Positions 7,328 through 14,207 are shown, numbered from the stretch's first letter. The stretch: 24,000 bases of DNA from Eubacterium saphenum ATCC 49989 (GCA_000161975.1 GG688422.1:950187-974186), one strand, 5' to 3'. Notes: a model not told the origin generated them from the letters alone. Numbers and translations: made by a program.

Positions 7328-9409
7328 GTGCGCACCGCTGAATTCGCAGGTTGGTCAAGGGAAGCAAATGACCAAGGACAAGATGTAAATGAACACGCTG
7401 CGGTAAAAGGAGACCTTGTCATCTACGCAAAATGGAAGGACATCTATCTGGACGTAAAATACTATAAATACGAGGCAAATTCATCGCCTGCAAAGGTAAA
7501 GAGCCTTAAATATGGAAGCCGGCTCGGCGAGCTACTTCCTGAAAGTGAAACCGCAAAGGAAGGCTATGATTTAGTGGGATACAAGATAGTTGACGACAGT
7601 GGTCATTCGTTCACATACCCTGTTTCCAAAATAGAAGATGTGAAGGATTACGTGGTAAAAAAACCAATTTCCATTTATCCGATGTTTAAGCTACAAACAT
7701 TTAACCTCAAATTCAATGTCAATGGTGGCGAATATAGCGTGAATGGGGATGTTAAGCCACTTGACGATGTTACATATAATTACGGCGATACCGTTAAACT
7801 TACAGATTTACCTGATGAAAATTCTTTGAAGAAGCCAAACCATGTGTTCCTATATTGGGAATACAAAACTGACAGCATGCAAGATTATGAGAAGTTACCT
7901 GATAACTATGTGATAAAGTCAGATACATCGCTACGTGCAAGGTGGGATAGAATCCCTGCTAAGGTGAGTTTCAATCTAAACGGTGGGGATTATATGGTAG
8001 ACGGCAAAGTTGAAACCTTAGAAGACAGGAAGTATACGTATGGAGATATAATAAGGTTGTCAGACCTTCCAACTAAGGCTTCTTTAAAGAAGCCGAACCA
8101 TGAATTCATATGTTGGACATATAAGAGCGATGCTATGAGTAGCTACGAAATATTACCGGACAACTATGTAATAAGTTCAAACATTTCGTTGTTAGCCGCA
8201 TGGAAGAAGGTGGAAGCGCCTAAGCCGGAACCTGAAGAACCGACTAAACCGGTAGATCCGCCAAAACCGCCTGAACCTGAGAAACCTTCAATCCCTAACA
8301 AGTATAAGGTGAGCTTTGATATTGGCGGTGCGGAAGGCGACGTTTCGGCGATTATGGTAAATGCCGGCGAGGCTTTGGGTGATAAGCTACCGACAAATAT
8401 ACATAGAGAAGGCATGCATTTTATGGGCTGGTCCACAAAGAAGGGCGCAGAGTATCAGAATTTCTATAAATCAACAAAGGTAAACAAGAGTATTACGCTA
8501 TATCCTGTATTTAAGACAGGGTTCAGAAAAGCGATAGGAAGGCCGGGGCTCACTGCGGTAAAGGCGAATGGCTATCCGAAGCTTACGATTAAGCATCCGT
8601 CTGCCAATATTCATTCGGCGTTTAAGGTATACAGAAAAGAAAACAGCAGCACCGGTAAGGAAGTGCTTGTAGCCGTGATTCAAAGAAACGATGAACTCAG
8701 CATTTTTGACTTCGAAGCGGAGCCGGGCAAGGAATATGTGTACAGGGCGGTAGCTACAATGGTCGAAGATGGACTTGAATACTATGGCGAATCTGCGATT
8801 TCATATGTTAAGACGCATAAGAGTATAGATCTTTCCGTAAAATTAAACAATACAGGAAAAACACAATTGGTATTCACTCCGGTAGATGGGGCGTATAGGT
8901 ATAAAATCAAGATAAGGAATGTGGATATGTATACCAAGGGTGCGAAGGAAGAGCAGCTTATAGATGCGTCTGAGCTTGAAAAAGACAGCTCCGGTAATTA
9001 CGTATACACCATGAAAGATAATACATCGGGAAAATATTTTGTATATATGGTTGAGGCTATGGATGGTAACGCCGTGCTTTCAACATCAAACGAAGCTTCA
9101 ATCTTTAAACTCGATGCGGTGGAGAGGTTTAAGCTTAAGGTAAAACGCTTTAAGAAAAATAGACAGGTATTGCTTACATTTAACAGGGCAAAAAATGCTG
9201 ATGGCTATATGATCTACAAAAAAACCGGCAAAAAAGGACAGTTTGTGCTTATCAAGAAACTAGCTTCTAAAAAGGCTACAATTAAATATTTGGACAAAAA
9301 ATGCAAGGCGAATAAGCGTTATTACTACAAGGTAGTGGCGTACAAAAAATTATACGGCATAATATATAGAGGCATATACTCAAAAGTTATCGGCATAAGG
9401 GTAAAATAG
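7328..9409 (+). CDS. Large repeat protein with Listeria-Bacteroides (Flg_new/InlB-B-type) repeats, a Pro-rich linker and three FN3-like modules; no signal peptide, possibly 5'-truncated
   Basis: Opens with the second half of a Flg_new-type repeat (FAGWS..GDLVIYAKW). More repeats follow (F.LNGG..Y.YGD...L....KPNH.F..W). Then linker EAPKPEPEEPTKPVDPPKPPEPEKP and C-terminal beta-sandwich-like modules with Y.YRAVA / YYYKVVAY signatures. The in-frame stop TGA at 7310-7312 limits the ORF. The only start is a GTG 3 nt after AGGAGG, which is too close for a normal SD. Confidence 0.65.
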   Translation: MRTAEFAGWSREANDQGQDVNEHAAVKGDLVIYAKWKDIYLDVKYYKYEANSSPAKVKSLKYGSRLGELLPESETAKEGYDLVGYKIVDDSGHSFTYPVSKIEDVKDYVVKKPISIYPMFKLQTFNLKFNVNGGEYSVNGDVKPLDDVTYNYGDTVKLTDLPDENSLKKPNHVFLYWEYKTDSMQDYEKLPDNYVIKSDTSLRARWDRIPAKVSFNLNGGDYMVDGKVETLEDRKYTYGDIIRLSDLPTKASLKKPNHEFICWTYKSDAMSSYEILPDNYVISSNISLLAAWKKVEAPKPEPEEPTKPVDPPKPPEPEKPSIPNKYKVSFDIGGAEGDVSAIMVNAGEALGDKLPTNIHREGMHFMGWSTKKGAEYQNFYKSTKVNKSITLYPVFKTGFRKAIGRPGLTAVKANGYPKLTIKHPSANIHSAFKVYRKENSSTGKEVLVAVIQRNDELSIFDFEAEPGKEYVYRAVATMVEDGLEYYGESAISYVKTHKSIDLSVKLNNTGKTQLVFTPVDGAYRYKIKIRNVDMYTKGAKEEQLIDASELEKDSSGNYVYTMKDNTSGKYFVYMVEAMDGNAVLSTSNEASIFKLDAVERFKLKVKRFKKNRQVLLTFNRAKNADGYMIYKKTGKKGQFVLIKKLASKKATIKYLDKKCKANKRYYYKVVAYKKLYGIIYRGIYSKVIGIRVK
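7700..8215 (+). repeat. Intragenic tandem duplication, 2 x 258 nt (86 aa)
   Basis: FNLKFNVNGGEYSVNGDVKPLDDVTYNYGDTVKLTDLPDENSLKKPNHVFLYWEYKTD...RARW and VSFNLNGGDYMVDGKVETLEDRKYTYGDIIRLSDLPTKASLKKPNHEFICWTYKSD...LAAW. The NGG motifs are offset by exactly 258 nt (7712 and 7970). Confidence 0.85.
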
Positions 9410-9469
9410 CAACATCTAATAGTCGTTGGAAATTTAATTTCAATTTTTGCGCAAAAACCGGTATTGGTG

Positions 9470-9478
9470 TGGTATACT
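9470..9478 (+). promoter_or_regulatory. Extended -10 promoter element (TGgTATACT) for the repeat-RNA/toxin transcript
   Basis: TG at 9470-9471 and TATACT at 9473-9478. The expected transcription start about 7 nt downstream coincides with the first base of repeat copy 1 (9485). There is no good -35; a perfect palindrome occupies that position. Confidence 0.5.
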
Positions 9479-9484
9479 TTAATC

Positions 9485-9628
9485 GTAAAGAGGGCGACCC
9501 GCTGCCGTGGAAACAAAAAGGTGGAACTGTAAAGAGGGCGACCCGCTGCCGTGGAAACAAAAAGGTGGAACTGTAAAGAGGGCGACCCGCTGCCGTGGAA
9601 ACAAAAAGGTGGAACTGTAAAGAAGGGG
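9485..9628 (+). ncRNA. toxI: ToxI-like type III antitoxin RNA precursor: tandem array of a 44-nt unit (3 perfect copies plus a partial fourth)
   Basis: The unit GTAAAGAGGGCGACCCGCTGCCGTGGAAACAAAAAGGTGGAACT occurs at 9485-9528, 9529-9572 and 9573-9616 with no mismatch and no spacer. A fourth copy starts at 9617 (gtaaaga...) and then diverges. The array lies directly upstream of, and on the same strand as, a ToxN/AbiQ-like ORF. Confidence 0.8.
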
Positions 9629-9655
9629 AGGAGCGTATCGCTCCTCTCTATTTAA
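9625..9655 (+). terminator. Intrinsic terminator/attenuator between the repeat array and the toxin gene
   Basis: Perfect 8-bp stem GAGGAGCG (9628-9635) with CGCTCCTC (9639-9646) around loop TAT, extendable by G-C/G-U pairs, followed by tctattt. The position matches the terminator that sets the antitoxin:toxin ratio in described ToxIN loci. Confidence 0.6.
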
Positions 9656-9669
9656 AAGAGGAAGTAAGT

Positions 9670-10251
9670 ATGATTAGTACAGAGGATTATGCGTTATACA
9701 CAATAGATATAAATTATTTAAGGTACCTATATTCAATCGATAAGGAGGTATATTATAATCCGAGTTATAAAACTCGAATAAAACCTTTTGTAGGAATAAT
9801 TACGGGCATTCAGAACAATGAATATTTTATACCGTTAACATCTGCAAAGCCTAAGCATAAAAAATGGAGGAATGTATCTAGTAGTCATTTTTTAGTATAC
9901 GAAACCATAAGAAAAAATATTGACCATATAATTGTTAATGATGATATATACAAGAAGGGTTCAAAAGAAGAAGAAATCATACATGTATTATCTGTATTAG
10001 ATATAAAAAAGATGATCCCGTTAGTTCAGAATTGTTATGAAAAAATAGATATTGAAAATATCAATGACAAGAAATTTCAGTCACTATTGAAAAAAGAATT
10101 GGATTTTTGTAAAAAACACAAAAAGAAAATCTTAAAGAAAGTGGAAAATTTTTATACTACACAGGTAAAAAACAACACTGTTAAGTTTGCAAGCTGTAAT
10201 TTCGCTCTATTGGAAAAAGCGATGGAAGATTACAAAAAAGAAAAAGAATAG
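9670..10251 (+). CDS. toxN: ToxN/AbiQ-family type III toxin (sequence-specific endoribonuclease)
   Basis: 193 aa from ATG 9670, with SD gagga 7 nt upstream. Blocks match ToxN/AbiQ by eye: LYTIDINYLRYL..DKEV (ToxN FYTISSKYIEYL..DDKV), KPFVGIITGIQNNEYFIPLTSAKPKH (KAFIGIVLEIQGHKYLAPLTSPK), DIKKMIPL (NLKFMIPI) and SCNFALLEKA (TCNFSLLEEK). The track's start at 9595 is a GTG inside repeat copy 3 and is rejected. Confidence 0.85.
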   Translation: MISTEDYALYTIDINYLRYLYSIDKEVYYNPSYKTRIKPFVGIITGIQNNEYFIPLTSAKPKHKKWRNVSSSHFLVYETIRKNIDHIIVNDDIYKKGSKEEEIIHVLSVLDIKKMIPLVQNCYEKIDIENINDKKFQSLLKKELDFCKKHKKKILKKVENFYTTQVKNNTVKFASCNFALLEKAMEDYKKEKE

Positions 10252-10301
10252 GACAATATTATTTTTGGTTCAGAAGAATGTTGTAATCGCATGCTGAGCT
10301 G

Positions 10302-10330
10302 TTGACAAGGGCTATGGTTTATAGTACTAT
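10302..10330 (+). promoter_or_regulatory. Candidate sigma-A promoter for tRNA-Thr/tuf
   Basis: TTGACA (10302-10307), 17-nt spacer, TACTAT (10325-10330), about 50 nt upstream of the tRNA. Confidence 0.5.
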
Positions 10331-10381
10331 CAGATATGATTAGGTTTTAATATTGATTATATTATTGCCTTTGTTAAATTT

Positions 10382-10458
10382 GCTGTTGTAGCTCAGTCGG
10401 TAGAGCACTTCCTTGGTAAGGAAGAGGTTCGGCAGTTCAAGTCTGCTCAACAGCTCCA
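10382..10458 (+). tRNA. tRNA-Thr (anticodon GGT)
   Basis: Acceptor gctgttg/caacagc, D arm gctc..gagc, anticodon stem cttcc/ggaag with loop TTGGTAA, T loop ttcaagt, encoded CCA. A tRNA-Thr immediately upstream of tuf is a common arrangement. Confidence 0.9.
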
Positions 10459-10487
10459 TTTGTTAATAAATAAGGAGGAAAGAAGAG

Positions 10488-11681
10488 ATGGCAAAGGAAA
10501 AATTTGAGAGAACCAAACCGCATATCAACATAGGAACGATAGGTCACGTAGACCACGGAAAGACAACACTGACAGCGGCAATCACAAAGACGTTGCAGGA
10601 GAGGTATCAGCTGGGATCATCAGTAGCATTTGATCAGATAGATAAGGCGCCTGAAGAGAAGGAAAGAGGAATCACAATAGCGACCTCACACGTAGAATAC
10701 GAAACACCTAACAGGCACTATGCACACGTAGATTGTCCGGGACACGCAGACTATGTAAAGAACATGATCACAGGAGCAGCGCAGATGGACGGAGCCATCT
10801 TGGTAGTAGCAGCTACAGACGGACCTATGCCACAGACAAGAGAGCACATCCTGCTTTCAAGACAGGTAGGTGTACCGTACATCGTAGTATTCCTAAATAA
10901 GTGCGACATGGTAGACGATGAAGAGCTACTCGATCTAGTGGAGATGGAAGTGAGAGAATTACTCGACCAGTACGACTTCCCGGGAGACGACACTCCGATA
11001 ATAAGAGGGTCAGCGCTTGGCGCATTGGAAGATCCAAGCGGCAAATGGGGAGATAAGATAGTAGAGCTGTTTGAAAAGATAGACGAATACATTCCTGAGC
11101 CTGAAAGAGATAACGACAAGCCGTTCATAATGCCTATAGAGGATATCTTCTCAATCACAGGAAGAGGAACGGTAGCAACAGGAAGAGTAGAGAGAGGAAC
11201 ACTCGAGGTAGGAGCAGAGGTAGAGCTTATAGGTCTTACAGAAGAGAGAAGAAAGGTAGTAGTAACAGGAATAGAGATGTTCAGGAAGCTACTCGACAAG
11301 GCGGAGACAGGAGACAACATAGGAGCGCTACTAAGAGGTGTGCAAAGAGAAGAGATCAAGAGAGGTCAGGTATTGGCAGCAACAGGTACTATCAACCCAC
11401 ACACTAAGTTTAAGGGGGAGGTATACGTGCTAAAGAAGGAAGAAGGCGGAAGACATACGCCGTTCTTTAACGGATACAGACCGCAGTTCTACTTCAGAAC
11501 AACAGACGTAACAGGAGATCTAAAGTTACCTGAAGGTACGGAGATGTGCATGCCGGGAGATAACGTACAGATGGAAATAGAGCTGATCACACCGATAGCG
11601 ATAGAAGAAGGATTAAGATTTGCGATAAGAGAAGGTGGAAGAACGGTAGGTTCCGGAGTAGTAGCAAGTATTATCGAATAG
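10488..11681 (+). CDS. tuf: Translation elongation factor Tu
   Basis: 397 aa with unmistakable EF-Tu sequence ([26 protein letters not shown]). Strong SD aaggagga. Confidence 0.99.
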   Translation: MAKEKFERTKPHINIGTIGHVDHGKTTLTAAITKTLQERYQLGSSVAFDQIDKAPEEKERGITIATSHVEYETPNRHYAHVDCPGHADYVKNMITGAAQMDGAILVVAATDGPMPQTREHILLSRQVGVPYIVVFLNKCDMVDDEELLDLVEMEVRELLDQYDFPGDDTPIIRGSALGALEDPSGKWGDKIVELFEKIDEYIPEPERDNDKPFIMPIEDIFSITGRGTVATGRVERGTLEVGAEVELIGLTEERRKVVVTGIEMFRKLLDKAETGDNIGALLRGVQREEIKRGQVLAATGTINPHTKFKGEVYVLKKEEGGRHTPFFNGYRPQFYFRTTDVTGDLKLPEGTEMCMPGDNVQMEIELITPIAIEEGLRFAIREGGRTVGSGVVASIIE

Positions 11682-11753
11682 GGCTTTACAGCTACGGTAA
11701 AATTTGTTATACTAAATTTGCAACAGACAATAATTTTTTCATATTTTGACTGC

Positions 11754-11785
11754 AAAACAGGAGGCGAAAGCCTCCTGTTTTGTTT
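11754..11785 (+). terminator. Rho-independent terminator after tuf
   Basis: aaaacaggaggc-gaaa-gcctcctgtttt, a perfect 12-bp stem with a GAAA tetraloop, followed by gttt. Confidence 0.9.
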
Positions 11786-12016
11786 ACGAGGGGCATGCCG
11801 TTAATTGATTAGATATTTAAATGAGATAAGCAGAGGAACTGAGAGAAATAGTAGATACATTGTAAAGGATTTGGAGCAAAAAAAGAAACAAAGATAGAAT
11901 TTGATGAAATTTATCGAGAACAAGAGAACCGTGGATCATATTTTGAAAATTATTTGAATTAAGGCATGGGCGAAAACCGTAGACTTTGATCGGATGAAAA
12001 TATTTTTTGAAATAAC

Positions 12017-12046
12017 TGGTTAAGCGGAGTTTCAGTGTTGTATAAT
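12017..12046 (+). promoter_or_regulatory. Candidate promoter for murC
   Basis: Consensus TATAAT at 12041-12046 with TG immediately upstream. Only a weak -35 (tggtta, 12017-12022). Confidence 0.35.
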
Positions 12047-12115
12047 GTAATGCAGAGAGTTTAGTTTTCAGTGAATATTCTTGGGCTAAACGATTTTATT
12101 TTTTAGGAGCTGATT

Positions 12116-13510
12116 ATGGATGATTTTTCACATTATAAAAATATTCATTGTATAGGCATAGGTGGTATTGGAATGTCTGCGATAGCTGAGATTCTGATAG
12201 ATAGAGGATACAATGTCAGCGGCTCTGATATGAGAGAGAGTGACAGCACGGATAAGCTTATATCGATGGGAGCTAGGGTGGCTTTGGGGCACATGGCAAA
12301 AAATGTGAAAGAGGACATAGACCTGGTTATATATACGGCTGCAATAGCGGATGATAATCCGGAACTTCTAAAGGCAAAGAGCCTTGGAATAAAACTGCTT
12401 ACAAGAGCCGAAGCACTTGGAATGCTGATGAGTGAATATAACACCAGTATAGCGATTTCAGGTACGCACGGGAAAACCACCACTACATCAATGGTTTCAT
12501 TGATATTAAACAACGCAAAGAAAGACCCTACAATTTTGGTAGGCGGGAACTTAAGTGATATCAACGGTAATTTGAAGATAGGCAAGAGTGAGTACTTTGT
12601 CACGGAGGCATGCGAATATATGGACAGTTTTTTAAATCTTCGCCCAAAGGTGGAGCTTATCTTAAATATCGACTCCGACCACCTCGATTACTTCGATGAC
12701 ATTGAACATATAGCAAAATCCTTTAGGGCATTTGCAGAGCTCGTACCGAAGGACGGGCTTGTAATAGGGTATGACGCAAATCCGTTCGTCAAGGCGGCGC
12801 TAAAAAACGTATCCAATGTGGTTACATTTGGGTTTAGCAGGGGCAGCGACTATGTGGCGGAAGACATAGAATTCGACCATCAAGGTCTGCCTTCATTTAA
12901 AATATGCAATGGAGAAAATGTAGTAGCCAACGTGAAACTTAAGATCCCCGGCGAACATAACATCCAAAACGCACTTGCGGCGGCAGCTTGCACGCATACA
13001 TTGGGAGTGGACGGTAGCGATATAGAGAATACGTTAAACGAGTTTAGCGGAATAAACCGAAGATTTGACATAGTCGGTATGATAGGTGGTAGCGTGAAGC
13101 TTGTGGATGACTATGCGCACCATCCTACAGAGATTGAGGCTACTTTAGATGCCGCAAAGAAGATGAAACACAATAGGCTATGGTGTTTATTTCAGCCCCA
13201 TACATACACGAGAACCAAGGCGCTCTTCAGCGATTTTGCGCCTGCACTTTCAAAGGCCGACATCATCGTAATGAATGAAATATATGCAGCACGTGAGATA
13301 AATATAAACAAATTAAGCGCAAAGTCCATAGTAGAGGACATAAAAAAAAGATTTCCTGAGAAGGAAGTTTATTTTTTTGAAGATATGGAAGATATGGCGG
13401 GATTTGTATATGAAAATTTAAAGATAAACGATTTAGTTATAACCATGGGTGCAGGGGATATTTTCAAGGCGGGAGAGCTGCTCATGGAATATGACAGAGA
13501 ATTATTTTAG
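12116..13510 (+). CDS. murC: UDP-N-acetylmuramate--L-alanine ligase
   Basis: 464 aa. N-terminal IHCIGIGGIGMSAIAEIL..GYNVSGSD, ATP-binding ISGTHGKTTTTSM and DDYAHHPTEI are typical of MurC. SD taggag upstream. Confidence 0.95.
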   Translation: MDDFSHYKNIHCIGIGGIGMSAIAEILIDRGYNVSGSDMRESDSTDKLISMGARVALGHMAKNVKEDIDLVIYTAAIADDNPELLKAKSLGIKLLTRAEALGMLMSEYNTSIAISGTHGKTTTTSMVSLILNNAKKDPTILVGGNLSDINGNLKIGKSEYFVTEACEYMDSFLNLRPKVELILNIDSDHLDYFDDIEHIAKSFRAFAELVPKDGLVIGYDANPFVKAALKNVSNVVTFGFSRGSDYVAEDIEFDHQGLPSFKICNGENVVANVKLKIPGEHNIQNALAAAACTHTLGVDGSDIENTLNEFSGINRRFDIVGMIGGSVKLVDDYAHHPTEIEATLDAAKKMKHNRLWCLFQPHTYTRTKALFSDFAPALSKADIIVMNEIYAAREININKLSAKSIVEDIKKRFPEKEVYFFEDMEDMAGFVYENLKINDLVITMGAGDIFKAGELLMEYDRELF

Positions 13511-13513
13511 TGG

Positions 13514-14185
13514 GTGGAGGTAAAAGGCGACATGTACAGCAGAAAAAAGTGTGAACAATTAATTGAGCAAGGAGTAATTATAGACGATGTAGATACAACA
13601 TACATAGATGAAGAAAGTAGCGTAGAAAAGGGAGCAAGGATAAGACCTAACACCATAATTGAAAAGAGCAAGATCTCGGGAAGTGCAGTTATCGGCCCGA
13701 ATTCACGAGTGGAAAATTCAAAGATAACAGGAGCTAGTATAGATAATTCCGTAGTACTCGAAAGTGAAGTTGCGGAAGGCACTAACGTAGGCCCGTTTGC
13801 CTACATAAGGCCGGGCAGCAGCATCGGGAAAAATTGTAAGATAGGCGATTTTGTGGAGATTAAAAATTCCAATATAGGAGAGGGTACCAAAACTTCTCAT
13901 CTTGCGTATATCGGAGACAGTGATGTGGGTGAGAATGTCAACATAGGCTGTGGAGTCGTGTTTGTAAACTATGACGGCGTAAAAAAATATAGGAGCAGAA
14001 TCATGGACGGAGCCTTTGTAGGGTGTAACGTAAATCTGGTTTCGCCTGTAGTAGTGGGCAACAGAGCATATATTGCAGCGGGCTCTACGGTGGTTAAAGA
14101 CGTAAAAGAAGGAGCTTTATATGTGGAGCGTACAAAGGGTACGGTAATCGAAGGTTTTTCGGATAAGAAGGGACTTAAGAAATAA
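13514..14185 (+). CDS. glmU: GlmU-like left-handed beta-helix acetyltransferase domain only (glucosamine-1-phosphate N-acetyltransferase half; uridyltransferase domain absent)
   Basis: The 223-aa ORF aligns with roughly the C-terminal half of bifunctional GlmU, from the linker helix ([20 protein letters not shown]) through the hexapeptide repeats ([48 protein letters not shown]). It sits in the canonical glmU-prs-pth-mfd position. The start is ambiguous: GTG 13514 or ATG 13532, with GGAGG at 13516-13520. Confidence 0.7.
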   Translation: MEVKGDMYSRKKCEQLIEQGVIIDDVDTTYIDEESSVEKGARIRPNTIIEKSKISGSAVIGPNSRVENSKITGASIDNSVVLESEVAEGTNVGPFAYIRPGSSIGKNCKIGDFVEIKNSNIGEGTKTSHLAYIGDSDVGENVNIGCGVVFVNYDGVKKYRSRIMDGAFVGCNVNLVSPVVVGNRAYIAAGSTVVKDVKEGALYVERTKGTVIEGFSDKKGLKK

Positions 14186-14207
14186 TTTAAAGAGAAAGGG
14201 GCAAATT

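Noticed and set aside
9325-9516. 63-aa minus-strand ORF spanning the end of the repeat-protein gene and the first repeat
   Set aside because: It has no SD, overlaps a convincing plus-strand gene end and the promoter/repeat region, and the product is low-complexity.
9485-9628. Could the 44-nt repeats be a small CRISPR array?
   Set aside because: The copies abut one another with no spacers, there are no cas genes, and a ToxN/AbiQ-like gene follows on the same strand. A tandem-repeat antitoxin RNA fits and a CRISPR array does not.
9595-9669. Track ORF start (METKRWNCKEGEERIAPLYLKEEVS...) for the toxin gene
   Set aside because: The start is a GTG inside repeat copy 3, and the extension reads through the terminator hairpin. 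There is no SD there, whereas ATG 9670 has a well-spaced GAGGA. Similarity to ToxN/AbiQ begins after Met 9670.
9410-10280. Flanking direct repeats (att-like) bounding the TA cassette: AATAGCAACAT... after 9409 versus AATAGGACAAT... after 10248
   Set aside because: The similarity is short and gapped, and largely reflects two stop-codon contexts in AT-rich DNA. That is not enough to call target-site duplications.
10751-11359. 202-aa antisense ORF inside tuf, and similar antisense ORFs inside the CaCA gene, uraA, murC, prs, mfd, flavodoxin and the lipoprotein gene
   Set aside because: Each is embedded antisense or out of frame within a gene with unmistakable homology. The products are low-complexity (Ser/Leu/Ile-rich) and lack SD sequences.
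11900-11953. 17-codon ORF MKFIENKRTVDHILKII in the tuf-murC spacer
   Set aside because: It is too short, has no SD and shows no recognisable similarity, so it cannot be supported from sequence alone.
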